Below are positions 9,609 to 20,143 of a stretch of DNA of 64,000 nt, one piece after another. The DNA comes from Methanofastidiosum sp. (GTDB lineage: Archaea > Methanobacteriota_B > Thermococci > Methanofastidiosales > Methanofastidiosaceae), in assembly GCA_035362715.1 (NCBI GenBank), contig DAOSDU010000006.1:29151-93150 (forward strand), written 5' to 3'. The notes under the pieces were generated by a model. That model had not been told where the DNA came from and did no database searches. It saw only the letters and a program-made list of their open reading frames with translations. Every line of letters starts with the position of its first letter. The stretch's first letter is position 1. The position numbers and the translations under genes are program-made.

Positions 9609-10460
9609 TCACATCTCTTTACTAAGGAAGTAAAAGAATAATGTTGCGCTCAATAGGTCTGCGGCGCCGCCTGGGCTAATATTTTTTTTGAGAAAATCCA
9701 TTTCAAGATCTAATATCTTTGACATCCCAGTAGTCGTTAAAACTCCGCCCACCTTTACTATTTCATCTGCTTTTTTCTGGATATCATAGTATGCTTCGAT
9801 GCCGTTTCTTGAGATAATGTTTGTGTCTTCAGCTTTTGACATTATGGCAATAAGTGCGTGAAGTGAAGACTTGTTTAAGTCTTGAGTTTTCTCATACACT
9901 TTTTTGAATTCGGGCAGGCCAAGTTCCATAACTGTTGGGAGTCCTTTTTCTACTTCCCCCCTAATACCTGCGATGCCATGTTTGACAAATGTATTTTCGC
10001 CCTTTGAAAGAGTTTTTTTACCTTTCTTGATTGATCCAAGTTCTTTTTCAGTTATTCCGGAAGTTATCTTTGAAACTGAAGATGAAACATTTTTTGGGGA
10101 GAGTCTCCTTTTGTTCAATAAATGGCCCGATGCGCCAAGTATCAGATAAAAAAGGAATATGAGGCCTTTTTGAGTGTTGACGCCGTTTGTTACTTCAAAC
10201 ATCCTCTCTTCAACTTCCAGCCCTAGTTTTCTTAAAGGTGGAAGCATCTTCTGTATATCCCCTTTATAATTATAACCAAAGTGGGATACCTCCTTAAAGC
10301 CCTGGCTCAGTACAGCTGTGCTCTTCAAGAAAAGTGTAAAGTCCATGTCCCTGTGAGCCCCTGACGAAAAAGGTGTAACAAGACCGGGTTTTGGGTGCGT
10401 AGATACCTCTAAAAGGATGCTCCTAGTTGCAAGTTCCCCCAGTAAGTCTACTTTTTTCAT
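9609..10460 (-). CDS. citG: Triphosphoribosyl-dephospho-CoA synthase (CitG/MdcB/MadG family)
   Basis: Motifs THPKPGLVTPFSSGAHRDMDFTLF and overall size match CitG/MdcB; sits in Mad/Mdc-like operon. Confidence 0.7.
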   Translation of the reverse strand: MKKVDLLGELATRSILLEVSTHPKPGLVTPFSSGAHRDMDFTLFLKSTAVLSQGFKEVSHFGYNYKGDIQKMLPPLRKLGLEVEERMFEVTNGVNTQKGLIFLFYLILGASGHLLNKRRLSPKNVSSSVSKITSGITEKELGSIKKGKKTLSKGENTFVKHGIAGIRGEVEKGLPTVMELGLPEFKKVYEKTQDLNKSSLHALIAIMSKAEDTNIISRNGIEAYYDIQKKADEIVKVGGVLTTTGMSKILDLEMDFLKKNISPGGAADLLSATLFFYFLSKEM

Positions 10461-11104
10461 AAATATGCCTCTATGCTCTCTCTATCTATCAATATAACGT
10501 CTCTTAATCCTTTCCCAAGCAGTGTATCGCTTTCAGATGCATACTCTTTAAGGTTTATGCCATAACCGGACCTAAGATGAATTTCAACATCAATCTTAAT
10601 CCTCATTTTAGACTCAATCTCGTTGCACAAAGCTAAGAGACCAATAAGCTCATCTGGAGCGCAGTTTTTTACAATTAGATCCAAGTCGGACTTGTCATGG
10701 GTGTAAGGTAATCCCGTGATAATTTCAAGGGATGTTGAACCCCAAACACCTACCTTAAATTCATTTTTTACGTGGTATAATGCGGACAGTGCAGGTGTTC
10801 TTGATTGAAATTTGAAATTTGTAATTTCATAGGGAGTTACTAGCTTTGTAATTTTATTTCCAGAAACAGATGATCCGAATCTAAGCCTTCTCCCATTTTC
10901 TGTATAGGGATAAACAAAGCCAATGAAGACCGTTTCTTTTTCAGAATAGTAGTTATCTCCTTGAGTGACATCAATCTCTTCTCGCCTTACAATTCCAGGG
11001 AGGATATTCTGAAGTATAAGTTTTTTAAACTCCTCATTTTGAATTGTTGAGGTATCTATCTGTTTCCAGTCGGAAAACACCAGATCATGCCTATGAAAAA
11101 TCAT
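10457..11104 (-). CDS. Phosphoribosyl-dephospho-CoA transferase / holo-ACP synthase (MdcG/CitX-like)
   Basis: GVWGSTSLEIITGLPYTHDKSDLDL motif resembling MdcG; adjacent and overlapping CitG homolog. Confidence 0.5.
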   Translation of the reverse strand: MIFHRHDLVFSDWKQIDTSTIQNEEFKKLILQNILPGIVRREEIDVTQGDNYYSEKETVFIGFVYPYTENGRRLRFGSSVSGNKITKLVTPYEITNFKFQSRTPALSALYHVKNEFKVGVWGSTSLEIITGLPYTHDKSDLDLIVKNCAPDELIGLLALCNEIESKMRIKIDVEIHLRSGYGINLKEYASESDTLLGKGLRDVILIDRESIEAYL

Positions 11105-11112
11105 GTTTGGAT

Positions 11113-12231
11113 TTACCTATCCTTGACCCAGCATGGATCCTTAACGCTTAAAGTTTGGTAGTCAAGCTGTGCCTGAACAAGTAGGTCAAACATCTTTGTC
11201 TTAACAGGCCCTTCTATGATTACTGGCTCGTTGTTCTCTTCATAACCTTTCGGGATTATTGAAGGTTTAAGTTCTAGGACTGTCCTATTGGAGTTTAAGA
11301 TAACATCCTCGGGGACTTTTGCTACCTTGGATTTTATTCTCAAAATGCTTCGGCATGCCCTTTCAATTGTTTGTTTCGCATTTAGTGTTGTTTCTCTAAC
11401 GTAAATTTCATAATCAGGTTGGGTTCTAGCTCTCATATAGGTGATTATCTTCCCATTTTTGTCAAGCGCATGACCAGATTCAACTACAGGAAAACTATCC
11501 CCTGTGGGAAGTCCGCCCACTACTGCTTCTTTGAAATCATGCCCCACATCAGATCTTACAAATGCAATGTCTTCCCTCACAGGATTTCCATTCATTGTTA
11601 TCCACCCAAATTCTTGGGTACCGTATATATCATTGACTCTGGCACCGAGAATGTCATGTATTAGATCAGCAGCCTCTAAATCCAAAGGTGTGCCTATGCA
11701 GTTTACTATATCCACTTTTGGGAGGTCTTCTGCAACATTTAATTTTATAGCGTCTTGTAATGAAGCTTTTAGAAATGATGATTCACCAAAAATTACATTT
11801 GGCTCCTTGTAATATAGATCCATTAGAAAAGAATCTCTGGATGATTTAGTGAGAAATGTCCATGTCACACCCAGCTCTTCCAATGCGTTTCTTGTTATTG
11901 CATTTAGTAGAGGTGGATAACAAAACATCGCTTTGTGGCCTTCTTTTACTCCTGCCATCTTTAATGCATTTTTACCTACATTTTTTCGGTATTCTTTTTC
12001 ATTTGGCGTTATGCCAACTAGATTCTGCCAAGCAGTTGTTCCTGTTGTGAAGGTTATGTATGCGTAGTTTAGAGGCGTATGTACCTCTTCTATAACGTGT
12101 GCTGCAGTTGGGCCATTTATGCCCTTATCAGCAAGAGTCCTATGTTTCATTTCATCAAAAGAAGGAACTGTAGAAAAAGTTTCAACACTATCTTTTAATT
12201 CCTCAAAATAAGGATTTGTTTTTTTTTCCAT
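11113..12231 (-). CDS. Adenylate-forming ligase-like protein, possible ACP-SH:acetate ligase (MadH/CitC functional analog)
   Basis: Weak adenylate-forming signatures (FTTGTTAWQ, YGTQEFGW); operon context between carboxyltransferase and MdcG-like genes. Confidence 0.3.
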   Translation of the reverse strand: MEKKTNPYFEELKDSVETFSTVPSFDEMKHRTLADKGINGPTAAHVIEEVHTPLNYAYITFTTGTTAWQNLVGITPNEKEYRKNVGKNALKMAGVKEGHKAMFCYPPLLNAITRNALEELGVTWTFLTKSSRDSFLMDLYYKEPNVIFGESSFLKASLQDAIKLNVAEDLPKVDIVNCIGTPLDLEAADLIHDILGARVNDIYGTQEFGWITMNGNPVREDIAFVRSDVGHDFKEAVVGGLPTGDSFPVVESGHALDKNGKIITYMRARTQPDYEIYVRETTLNAKQTIERACRSILRIKSKVAKVPEDVILNSNRTVLELKPSIIPKGYEENNEPVIIEGPVKTKMFDLLVQAQLDYQTLSVKDPCWVKDR

Positions 12232-12273
12232 TTTAATTCCTCAAAATAAAAAAATTTAAAATAAAGGAAATTA

Positions 12274-13149
12274 TTATAATAGCTCAGGTAGGAGCTTTTC
12301 GTATTCTTCTTGCATCTTCTTGATGGCTTCCATTCTTTTTGTTCTGCCGCCTCTCTGTGCACCGACTTCTCCTCTGTGCCAAATTCCAAGCTGGTCTTCC
12401 TTACCCTGCTTTTTAAGCTCTCTAATTTCCTTTACTGTCTTGATGATAGTAGCTCTCATGTCCTCAGGTTTCTTTACCATGTCGTCTATTCCACCAAGGT
12501 CATAGAAGAATTCAGCTCCTGAAGCAAATACTGGATTTGTCTTGACAAGCTCGTTTAGCCGCTCTAGGGGTATCTTTGTAATAACAGCTATACTTGTTGT
12601 AGGCATGACGTGAACAATTGTTCCATATTCTTTTGGGAGTGCAAGAATTCTGTCTGAAAGAAGTCCGTGACATAAGAATCCACCACTTACCGCTCTTCCT
12701 ATAATCATTCCAATTACAGGATGTCCTGCCAATCTTGCATCTTCAATAGCAAACTGGTAGGAAGCTGTTCCTTTTGTCATTCCGACAATTTCCTCTATTT
12801 TTCCTGGACTGTTTCCTGGAGTGTCTATTAATAGAATAATTGGCCTCTTCTTGTCTTTTGGCCTGTCCTTGTCTGCATTTATTGTAGCGTACATTGCCTG
12901 AGAGAATTTGTAAGCTTCTTCCATTCCTAAGATTCCGCTGTAAACAACTCTAAATCTGGGATTTGGTCTCCTTGAGTTATTTGCGAGAACTGAGCATACT
13001 TCTCCGTCTAGCATTGCCTGGCCCACCATTACTGGAGGTGCAAGCTCTGCATCTAGATGAGTAGTTCCAATAACATTTTCTTGGAATGAATCCTTGTCAA
13101 ATATCATCTGGATTGCTTCTTCTGTCTTTCCGATTAGTGATGTTACCAT
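12274..13149 (-). CDS. Carboxyltransferase subunit, AccA-like (MdcE/MadD-type gamma subunit)
   Basis: IDTPGNSPG...GRAVSGGFL pattern typical of AccA/MdcE carboxyltransferase alpha-type subunits. Confidence 0.7.
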   Translation of the reverse strand: MVTSLIGKTEEAIQMIFDKDSFQENVIGTTHLDAELAPPVMVGQAMLDGEVCSVLANNSRRPNPRFRVVYSGILGMEEAYKFSQAMYATINADKDRPKDKKRPIILLIDTPGNSPGKIEEIVGMTKGTASYQFAIEDARLAGHPVIGMIIGRAVSGGFLCHGLLSDRILALPKEYGTIVHVMPTTSIAVITKIPLERLNELVKTNPVFASGAEFFYDLGGIDDMVKKPEDMRATIIKTVKEIRELKKQGKEDQLGIWHRGEVGAQRGGRTKRMEAIKKMQEEYEKLLPELL

Positions 13150-14115
13150 TTAAATCCTCCTTGGCCTTCTTTTTACAACTGAAAGAAACTTTTCCTGGGG
13201 CATCTCTGGGATCTGGTCAACGTTTTCGTTTCCATAAATTTTCCAGAGGTCCTTTGAGTCCTTTATTTTCTTTTCAGCAGCTAGTTTCACTACTTCAAGA
13301 TTTTCTTCAACAAGCTGTGGTGAACCAACTTTTCTTGTCTTAGAAATCTTACTCATAGGTTCATCGACAATGTTGACAATTGTGTCTCTGAATGTACCAA
13401 TTGTATCTTTTATTAAGTAGTCAACATCTCCTAGGATGTATTTTGACCTTGCGCCCATTGTCCTCCATATGAGGGCTCTGTCGGATGCGTCAAATTCATC
13501 CTTTCCTACTTCCTGCTGGATAACTTCAGGACCAGTAAGTCCAATTCTTCCAAAGTCGTTTGCGATGACAACATCTGCACTTAAACAGACGAATCCCTGT
13601 GCACCATATGCACCTATTGTGCTGCCTGTTATTGCAATATAGGGTACCTTGTTTTGAAGTTCCCAAATTGTTTCCATTGATTCAGAGTGCATTAAAAGTC
13701 CAGCGTTTGCTTCGTGGAGTCTTACTCCTCCAGAGTCAAATGAGACTATGCATATTGGTTTTCTGTCGTCTGGTACTGAGCCGTATTTTTCCTTCATCTT
13801 TTCATAAGTCTTTAAGGCGAGTTTCATTGTGTAGGCCATCTTAGCTCCGTTAACTTCACCAAGTGCTCCACCAACGAACTTTCCTTCTTGGGATATTACA
13901 AATACTGGGTGTTTCTTTATCTTACCAACGCCCACAGTAATCCCATCGTCGAATTCAACAGCCTCTCCAAGAATCAATAAGTGTGGACTTGTCATTTTAT
14001 CTCTTGGACCTAGAAATTCCTTGAAAGTGTCTTTATCTACCATTCCGTAAGCTCTTTCCCTAGCGGTTGCTTGGTAAAAGCTCTTACTCTGAAGATCTTC
14101 CCAATTTATTTTCAT
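13150..14115 (-). CDS. Carboxyltransferase subunit, AccD-like (MdcD/MadC-type beta subunit)
   Basis: ITGSTIGAYGAQGFVCLSADVVIA, VSFDSGGVRLHEANAGL resembling AccD/MdcD; adjacent to AccA-like partner. Confidence 0.7.
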   Translation of the reverse strand: MKINWEDLQSKSFYQATARERAYGMVDKDTFKEFLGPRDKMTSPHLLILGEAVEFDDGITVGVGKIKKHPVFVISQEGKFVGGALGEVNGAKMAYTMKLALKTYEKMKEKYGSVPDDRKPICIVSFDSGGVRLHEANAGLLMHSESMETIWELQNKVPYIAITGSTIGAYGAQGFVCLSADVVIANDFGRIGLTGPEVIQQEVGKDEFDASDRALIWRTMGARSKYILGDVDYLIKDTIGTFRDTIVNIVDEPMSKISKTRKVGSPQLVEENLEVVKLAAEKKIKDSKDLWKIYGNENVDQIPEMPQEKFLSVVKRRPRRI

Positions 14116-14124
14116 AATATCACC

Positions 14125-14448
14125 TTATTGGAGACCTCCTCCATTATCTACTGCCTGCTGAAGTCTTCTAATAACTACTGCGGGGGTTGCTGCGTTGTCA
14201 TTTATGTTGACTTTGACTCCTGAGAGTCCAGTTTTATCAATGAATTTCTTAACGACTGTTTCCCAGACGTCATCAAAACCGACGACTGTTGTTAAAATGT
14301 GTATTTTAATTTTTCCTTTCAGAGCGTTTTCCTTTTCAATCAAGACTTCAAGATCTCCACTGGCTACAACACCAATGTGGGACCATTCGTCCTTTATTGT
14401 TTTAGGGGTTTCAGGCTTAAATTCATAGTTTAATTCAGTTAATGCCAT
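14125..14448 (-). CDS. Malonate decarboxylase-type acyl carrier protein (MdcC/MadE delta subunit; CitD-related)
   Basis: HIGVVASGDLEVLIE matches VGCVGSGDLEVLLE of MdcC; about 100 aa. Confidence 0.7.
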   Translation of the reverse strand: MALTELNYEFKPETPKTIKDEWSHIGVVASGDLEVLIEKENALKGKIKIHILTTVVGFDDVWETVVKKFIDKTGLSGVKVNINDNAATPAVVIRRLQQAVDNGGGLQ

Positions 14449-15828
14449 TTAGTCCCCTCCATTCTTTGACTTGTCCATGTGTTTTTCAATAAAGTCGGTG
14501 TGGAAAACTCCTCCTCTGAATATCTGGTTTTTCATGACTTTTTTGTGGAATGGAATTGTTGTTTTAATACCATCTACCATAAATTCGTCAAGTGCCCTGT
14601 ACATTCTGTCAATTGCCTCGTTTCTGTCTTCTCCCCATACAATCAATTTTGCGATAAGAGAGTCATAATATGGTGGTATCTGGTACCCTTGGTAACATGC
14701 TGTATCGACTCTAACAAAAGGCCCTCCCGGAAGGATAAGTTTTGAAATTTCACCAGGGGATGGAACGAATGTGTTTGGATCTTCAGCGTTAATTCTGCAT
14801 TCAATTGCATGACCTCTAATCTGAATGTCTTTCTGTGTGTATGGTAATTTTTCTCCAGCTGCTACTTTTATACCAGTCTTTACGATATCGATGTTTGTTA
14901 TCATTTCAGACACACAGTGTTCTACCTGGACCCTTGTGTTCATCTCCATGAAGTAGAAATCGTTTTCCTTATCGTTAAACAAAAATTCTACTGTTCCGGC
15001 ACCTTCATAGTTTGCAGCAAGTGCCGCCTTGACTGCTGCCTCCCCCATCTTCTTCCTTATTTCAGGGGATATAGCAGGTGAAGGTCCTTCTTCGACAAGT
15101 TTCTGATGTCTTCTCTGGATAGAGCAGTCCCTTTCTCCAAGGTATATTGCATTTCCATATTGGTCAGCAATAATCTGAATCTCAACGTGTCTTGGTTGTT
15201 CTATGTACTTTTCGATGTATACATCAGGGTTCCCAAAGGCTGCCTGTGCTTCGGCTTGACAAGATCTCAAAGCAGATTCTAGCTCTTTTTCGGACTTGAC
15301 AAGTCTCATTCCCTTTCCACCGCCGCCTGCTGAGGCTTTGCAGATTACAGGGACTCCGATCTTCTTTATGAGTTTATCGGCTTCCTCGATTGTTTTTATA
15401 ATTCCATCAGAACCGGGTGTTACTGGAACACCACCTTTCTTCATGGTATCTTTAGCTGTTGCTTTGTCTCCCATTGCGTCAATTGATTCTGCACTGGGGC
15501 CTATGAATTTAATTCCATTAGCTTTACAAAGCTTTGAAAATCTAGAGTTTTCTGCAAGAAATCCGTAACCTGGGTGAATACCTTCTGCGCCCGTGACAAT
15601 TGCGGCGTTAATGATATTCATCATGTTCAAGTAACTCTTAATTGATGCGGCAGGTCCAATATTGACTGCTTCATCTGCGAGTGTAACATGAAGAGCATCT
15701 TTATCAGCGTCAGAGTAAACAGCAACTGATTTTATTCCCATTTCCTTGCATGCCCTGATTATCCTTACAGCAATTTCTCCTCTATTTGCAACAAGAACTT
15801 TCTTAAACATATTAATCCTCCTTACCAA
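14449..15828 (-). CDS. accC: Biotin carboxylase (ATP-grasp)
   Basis: [46 protein letters not shown]: canonical AccC motifs; 459 aa. Confidence 0.92.
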   Translation of the reverse strand: MVRRINMFKKVLVANRGEIAVRIIRACKEMGIKSVAVYSDADKDALHVTLADEAVNIGPAASIKSYLNMMNIINAAIVTGAEGIHPGYGFLAENSRFSKLCKANGIKFIGPSAESIDAMGDKATAKDTMKKGGVPVTPGSDGIIKTIEEADKLIKKIGVPVICKASAGGGGKGMRLVKSEKELESALRSCQAEAQAAFGNPDVYIEKYIEQPRHVEIQIIADQYGNAIYLGERDCSIQRRHQKLVEEGPSPAISPEIRKKMGEAAVKAALAANYEGAGTVEFLFNDKENDFYFMEMNTRVQVEHCVSEMITNIDIVKTGIKVAAGEKLPYTQKDIQIRGHAIECRINAEDPNTFVPSPGEISKLILPGGPFVRVDTACYQGYQIPPYYDSLIAKLIVWGEDRNEAIDRMYRALDEFMVDGIKTTIPFHKKVMKNQIFRGGVFHTDFIEKHMDKSKNGGD

Positions 15829-17576
15829 TTTCTAAATTTGACTGGTGGTTCGTATAAACCTCCAGACCATTCTACAAGTTCACTCATGCTCTTTGCAGCA
15901 AGTTTTGATCTTTTAGCGTCATTAAATGATAGGTCTAAATCTTCAGGAAGCATAACTACTCCGGCCTTCCTTAATTTCTTAGTCTGTGAATCATCAGCTG
16001 CAAGTCCTAGAGGCGTGTATCCTGCTACTGCCTTAATTGCGTCCATTCTTTCCTTTAATGATTTACATTTGTGGATGTATGCGATTCCTTCTTCTGTAAC
16101 TATATGTGTTATATCGTCACCGTAAATCATGATAGGGGGTATCTCGAATTTGGCCTGGGCTTGTAGTTTGAACGCGTCTAGTTTTTCTAAGAATACTGGA
16201 GCCATTCCTTCTCCAAATGTTTCAACCATTTGGACTACTAGTTTTCTTCCTCTGTATATTGGCCCAATCAATGATTCTCTCATACCATCTTCTTTTGAAG
16301 CCATAAGCCATCCTTTTGACGGGTGTCTTCTACCGGGTGCGTTACATGCCATGTTAGGCGCCCCACCAAAACCTGGAATTCTTCCAGCAGTTGCAGCGGC
16401 ACTGTTACCAAATTGGTCAATTTGAAGAGTTGAACCAAAGAATGCATCTACAGCATAATGACCAGCGGCCTGGGACATTACTCTGTTTGATCTCATTGTT
16501 CCATCAGGACCTATTGGGAATATATCTGGTCTTGCCATAATATATTTCTCCATTCCAACTTCACTACCGAATGGCATGAAGGTTTCAGCCCATCCTGATT
16601 CTATAGCAGGTATCATTGTTGGGTGTGGATTTAATGCCCAGTGTGTACAAATCTTTCCTTTTAATCCCATCTCTTCCCCAAATGTTGGCAGTAAAAGTTC
16701 AACGGCTGCGGTGTTAAAACCTATACCGTGATTTAGAGTCTTAACTTCGTATTTTGCGTAGACTCCAACTAAAGCCATCATAGCTATGAATATCTGAGAT
16801 TCAGTAATTAATCTTGGATCTCGTGTAAAGAGAGGTTCAATATAATATGGGTCCTCAGTGGGTACAATAAAGTCAACCCAGCCACCAGGTATATCTACAC
16901 GAGGTACCTTGTTAACAATCTCATTGACCTGTACTATTACAATACCTTTTCTAAATTTGGTAGCTTCAATTATTGAATGGGTTTCTTCTGTGTTGAATCC
17001 TGTGTAAAGATTTCCTTCCTTGTCTGCAGCATTTGCGGCGACTAGACATACTCTTGGTGTGAGGTCAAGATAAGTTCTAGCAAACAATTCCATGTATGTG
17101 TGAATTGCACCAATTGTTATCTTCCCATTCATTACCATACTTGCAAGTCTTGTTGCTACAGGGCCTGAATAACAAAAATCAACTTTTGAGGCTATACCTT
17201 TTTCAAAAACATCTAAATGTTCTGGTAAAGCAAGTACTGATTGTACCATGTGAATATTATTTACTTTTGAAGGACTTACCTTTGCAAAAGCTTTTGCTAA
17301 AAAATTAGCCTGCTTCTGATTGTCCCCTTCTATTGCAACTCTGTCGCCTGGTTTAATGACAGTTTCCAAAAGAGCTACAGCATCGGCCGGATCAATGATT
17401 TTTGTACCTGATTTGACAAATCTCTTTGCTTCGGCAAGCCTTTTTTCTGTATCTTCTCCTTTTTTGTCCCATCCTTTTTTTGCTCTCTCTATTCTATCGT
17501 CATGGGGTATACCTGACACTTTGCCGGGTGTTTGGAATATATCCCTTAGGTAGTTTACATCTTCCATAAGTATCAC
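15822..17576 (-). CDS. MdcA/CitF-family alpha subunit (acetyl-S-ACP:malonate ACP-transferase / citrate-CoA transferase family)
   Basis: 584 aa, size and operon position of MdcA/MadA; CoA-transferase-family I-like segments; overlaps accC start. Confidence 0.55.
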   Translation of the reverse strand: MILMEDVNYLRDIFQTPGKVSGIPHDDRIERAKKGWDKKGEDTEKRLAEAKRFVKSGTKIIDPADAVALLETVIKPGDRVAIEGDNQKQANFLAKAFAKVSPSKVNNIHMVQSVLALPEHLDVFEKGIASKVDFCYSGPVATRLASMVMNGKITIGAIHTYMELFARTYLDLTPRVCLVAANAADKEGNLYTGFNTEETHSIIEATKFRKGIVIVQVNEIVNKVPRVDIPGGWVDFIVPTEDPYYIEPLFTRDPRLITESQIFIAMMALVGVYAKYEVKTLNHGIGFNTAAVELLLPTFGEEMGLKGKICTHWALNPHPTMIPAIESGWAETFMPFGSEVGMEKYIMARPDIFPIGPDGTMRSNRVMSQAAGHYAVDAFFGSTLQIDQFGNSAAATAGRIPGFGGAPNMACNAPGRRHPSKGWLMASKEDGMRESLIGPIYRGRKLVVQMVETFGEGMAPVFLEKLDAFKLQAQAKFEIPPIMIYGDDITHIVTEEGIAYIHKCKSLKERMDAIKAVAGYTPLGLAADDSQTKKLRKAGVVMLPEDLDLSFNDAKRSKLAAKSMSELVEWSGGLYEPPVKFRNW

Positions 17577-17596
17577 CTTATTAGGTAGTACCCAGC

Positions 17597-18082
17597 TTAG
17601 AGAGGCTCAAGAAGCATTAGTACCTGTCCAACTTTGACAAGAGTTTCATTTGTTACTTTAATTTCTGCAATTCTTGCTTTTCTTGGTGCTGTTACTTCAT
17701 TAAACATCTTCATAGCTTCAACAAGTGCTACAACTTGTCCTGCTTCGACTATATCCCCTTCCTTTGGAAGTGGTTTCTTATCAATTGTAGTTCCGGGAGA
17801 TACATAAGATACTCCTGGTGTTGGGGCTGTAAGTTCTATCATGTTTGAAGATGCAGCTGCCTTTGGTGCTTCCTTTGCAACAGGTGCTGACGTTTCTTCA
17901 ACAGTTCCTGCAGACGTCATTGCAGCAGGGATAGAAATTTGAGGCTGAGCAGCATGAACAGCGGCACTTCCACCGGCAACAACAGTTCTAATCTCAACGG
18001 AATCCTTTCTGACTACCAACTCTGCGATATTGTTTTTTTTACAAGCTTCAAGAATTGATATTAAAGACTCTAAGTTCAACAT
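17597..18082 (-). CDS. Biotin carboxyl carrier protein (AccB/MadF-like)
   Basis: C-terminal EAMKMFNEV biotinylation motif, Ala/Pro-rich linker. Confidence 0.8.
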   Translation of the reverse strand: MLNLESLISILEACKKNNIAELVVRKDSVEIRTVVAGGSAAVHAAQPQISIPAAMTSAGTVEETSAPVAKEAPKAAASSNMIELTAPTPGVSYVSPGTTIDKKPLPKEGDIVEAGQVVALVEAMKMFNEVTAPRKARIAEIKVTNETLVKVGQVLMLLEPL

Positions 18083-18283
18083 TTATTTTCCTCCAAAATA
18101 TTCTCTTACCTCTATAGGGTAGTTGTTTTAAGAGATTAAAAACTGATTTAAAAATCTTTTGTTTGTTTTAAGTGCAAACTACAAAAAATAACATTAAAAT
18201 AAATAAAAAATAATATACTAAATAAATGATTTTGCATTTTATTGCCAAATTCAAGCCTTGATTTCTATTTTTAGGCCGAATTA
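18083..18283 (-). promoter_or_regulatory. AT-rich intergenic region upstream of the BCCP-led Mad-like operon; likely promoter (TATA/BRE)
   Basis: 200-bp very AT-rich spacer preceding nine tightly packed co-oriented genes. Confidence 0.3.
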
Positions 18284-19150
18284 TTATGTTATTTTTATGT
18301 ACTTGTATGTCATCATTTTGTATAGAAGTTTGCTTGCAACAAATTCAGAAACTGAAGACGATTCTTGAGGCGCAACTTCGACAATGTCCACAGCCACCAC
18401 ATTTCTCTTGAAAAATACTTCTTTTAAGAAGTCACATGCAAGGTACCATGAAAGGCCTCCGGGTTCAGGCGTCCCTGTTCCAGGAATAATTGATGGATCA
18501 AATGCATCGATATCGAAAGTTATGTAAACATTATCGGATAATTTTTCAATAGCTCTGTTAAACCAATTTTTGTTATCGTGTATATCTTTTGCATAGAAGA
18601 TATTGTAGTTCCCATCTTTAATTTTTTCATACTCTTCTTCTGAGAAGCTTCTTATGCCAACTTGAACAATTGGGGCATCTTCTTCCACCCTTGACATTAC
18701 CGAGGCGTGGCTATATTTATCCCCAAGGTATGCATCCCTTAGATCTAAATGTGCATCAAACTGTAAAACAGAGATATCTTTGTACATTCTTTTTGCAGCT
18801 TTTACTGGAGCTTGAGAAACTGAATGTTCCCCCCCGAGAACACAGAGAAATTTTTTATCTTTTAGAATCTTGAATGACTCTTCTTCAATTTCAAGCATCA
18901 CCTTTTCCATTGCTTGATTACAATTAACTTCATTTTTTGTGTGGATACCCATTGTACAGGGAGAAACAAAAAACTCTTCATCAAAGAGTTCCATGTTTTG
19001 ACTGGCATTGATTATTGCTTTAGGGCCTAAAGAAGTGCCGCCTTTATATGAAACTGTCTTTTCTAAAGGTACAGGTAAAACAGCGAAATATGAATCCTCA
19101 TACTTTGAGTAGTTCTCTTCAATCCCACCGTAGTTATCTGGTACATCCAT
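18284..19150 (-). CDS. speB: Agmatinase (ureohydrolase/arginase family)
   Basis: Mn-binding motifs GGEHSV, DAHLDLRD, ITFDIDAFDPSIIPGTGTPEPGGLS. Confidence 0.8.
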   Translation of the reverse strand: MDVPDNYGGIEENYSKYEDSYFAVLPVPLEKTVSYKGGTSLGPKAIINASQNMELFDEEFFVSPCTMGIHTKNEVNCNQAMEKVMLEIEEESFKILKDKKFLCVLGGEHSVSQAPVKAAKRMYKDISVLQFDAHLDLRDAYLGDKYSHASVMSRVEEDAPIVQVGIRSFSEEEYEKIKDGNYNIFYAKDIHDNKNWFNRAIEKLSDNVYITFDIDAFDPSIIPGTGTPEPGGLSWYLACDFLKEVFFKRNVVAVDIVEVAPQESSSVSEFVASKLLYKMMTYKYIKIT

Positions 19151-19152
19151 AG

Positions 19153-19644
19153 TTACTCAACTATATCAAAGCCTTTAAGACTTTTTAGGGTGTCTGCAAA
19201 TTTTCTAGCATAAATTCTGCATTGTTTTTCTGCTCTGTCATCTGGAGCACCTATTGCCACTGGACCATAATGGTCAGCGTTGTGAATTCCTACAATAACC
19301 ATTCCGTGAATCATCATTGCTTTGAGGATTGAGAGAAGTGTTGTTTCATTTCCCCCACCGATATATGCACTTGTAGTAAAGGCTCCTCCAAGTTTTCCAG
19401 AAAGCTCACCATGGTATTTTACACTTCTATCTATTAGTTCCTTCATCTCGGCTGCCATATCCCCATAGTAAGTTGGAGACCCAAGTATAATGCCATCGTA
19501 ATCTAGTAAATAATCTGGTGATGTTTCAAGCACATCTCTGACTTCAACATCTATTTTTTCATCTCTCAAAAATGTTGCTAGCATATTTGCCATTTCTTTG
19601 GTGTTGCCAGATTTAGAATAATAAACTATTAATGTAGATACCAT
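19153..19644 (-). CDS. Flavodoxin-like NAD(P)H-dependent FMN reductase / WrbA-like flavoprotein
   Basis: N-terminal LIVYYSKSGNTKEMA flavodoxin FMN-binding loop; 163 aa. Confidence 0.6.
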   Translation of the reverse strand: MVSTLIVYYSKSGNTKEMANMLATFLRDEKIDVEVRDVLETSPDYLLDYDGIILGSPTYYGDMAAEMKELIDRSVKYHGELSGKLGGAFTTSAYIGGGNETTLLSILKAMMIHGMVIVGIHNADHYGPVAIGAPDDRAEKQCRIYARKFADTLKSLKGFDIVE

Positions 19645-19917
19645 TTTAATCCTCTACTTCAATTTTTATTTTTCCTTTATGATAGCCTTTCAAAGGAGAA
19701 ATCATGCCTTTTACAATATTAGCTATTAATTCCTCGACAAAAGGATTCAAATCTATTTGTTTTCCATTAATACTCACTTCAACTTTCGACATTTTTATCC
19801 CCGTCTATATTAGTCTTGATTATTTATAAGTTTCTCTATTATTTAATAAGAATGTGCAAGAAAATTTTATTGATTAATTTTATATATGAATAAATCAATA
19901 ATTGTATTTGGGATACG

Positions 19918-20142
19918 TTGGTAACAGAAAAAATCCTCGAGAAAGCAAAGCAACATCAAAAAAAGGAGACTTTTGTTAGAGATATTTTTATTTCAAGAGA
20001 GGAAGTAGCTAATCTCAGGTATATTAGTTTGCCTTCTGGCGTTCATCTCGATATAAAAAAATTGAAGCAAGGTTTTGTAGCACGTTTTTCTGGAGATACT
20101 GAAAAGGTAATAATGGTTGTGAAAACACTTTTTGATGACTAA
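19918..20142 (+). CDS. Hypothetical small protein
   Basis: 74-aa ORF, no motif. Confidence 0.3.
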   Translation: MVTEKILEKAKQHQKKETFVRDIFISREEVANLRYISLPSGVHLDIKKLKQGFVARFSGDTEKVIMVVKTLFDD

Positions 20143-20143
20143 A

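Noticed and set aside
15838-17553. Several + strand ORFs (15838..16125, 16129..16425, 17096..17308, 17320..17553) inside the MdcA-like gene
   Set aside because: Antisense to a long conserved ORF; no motifs; typical shadow ORFs
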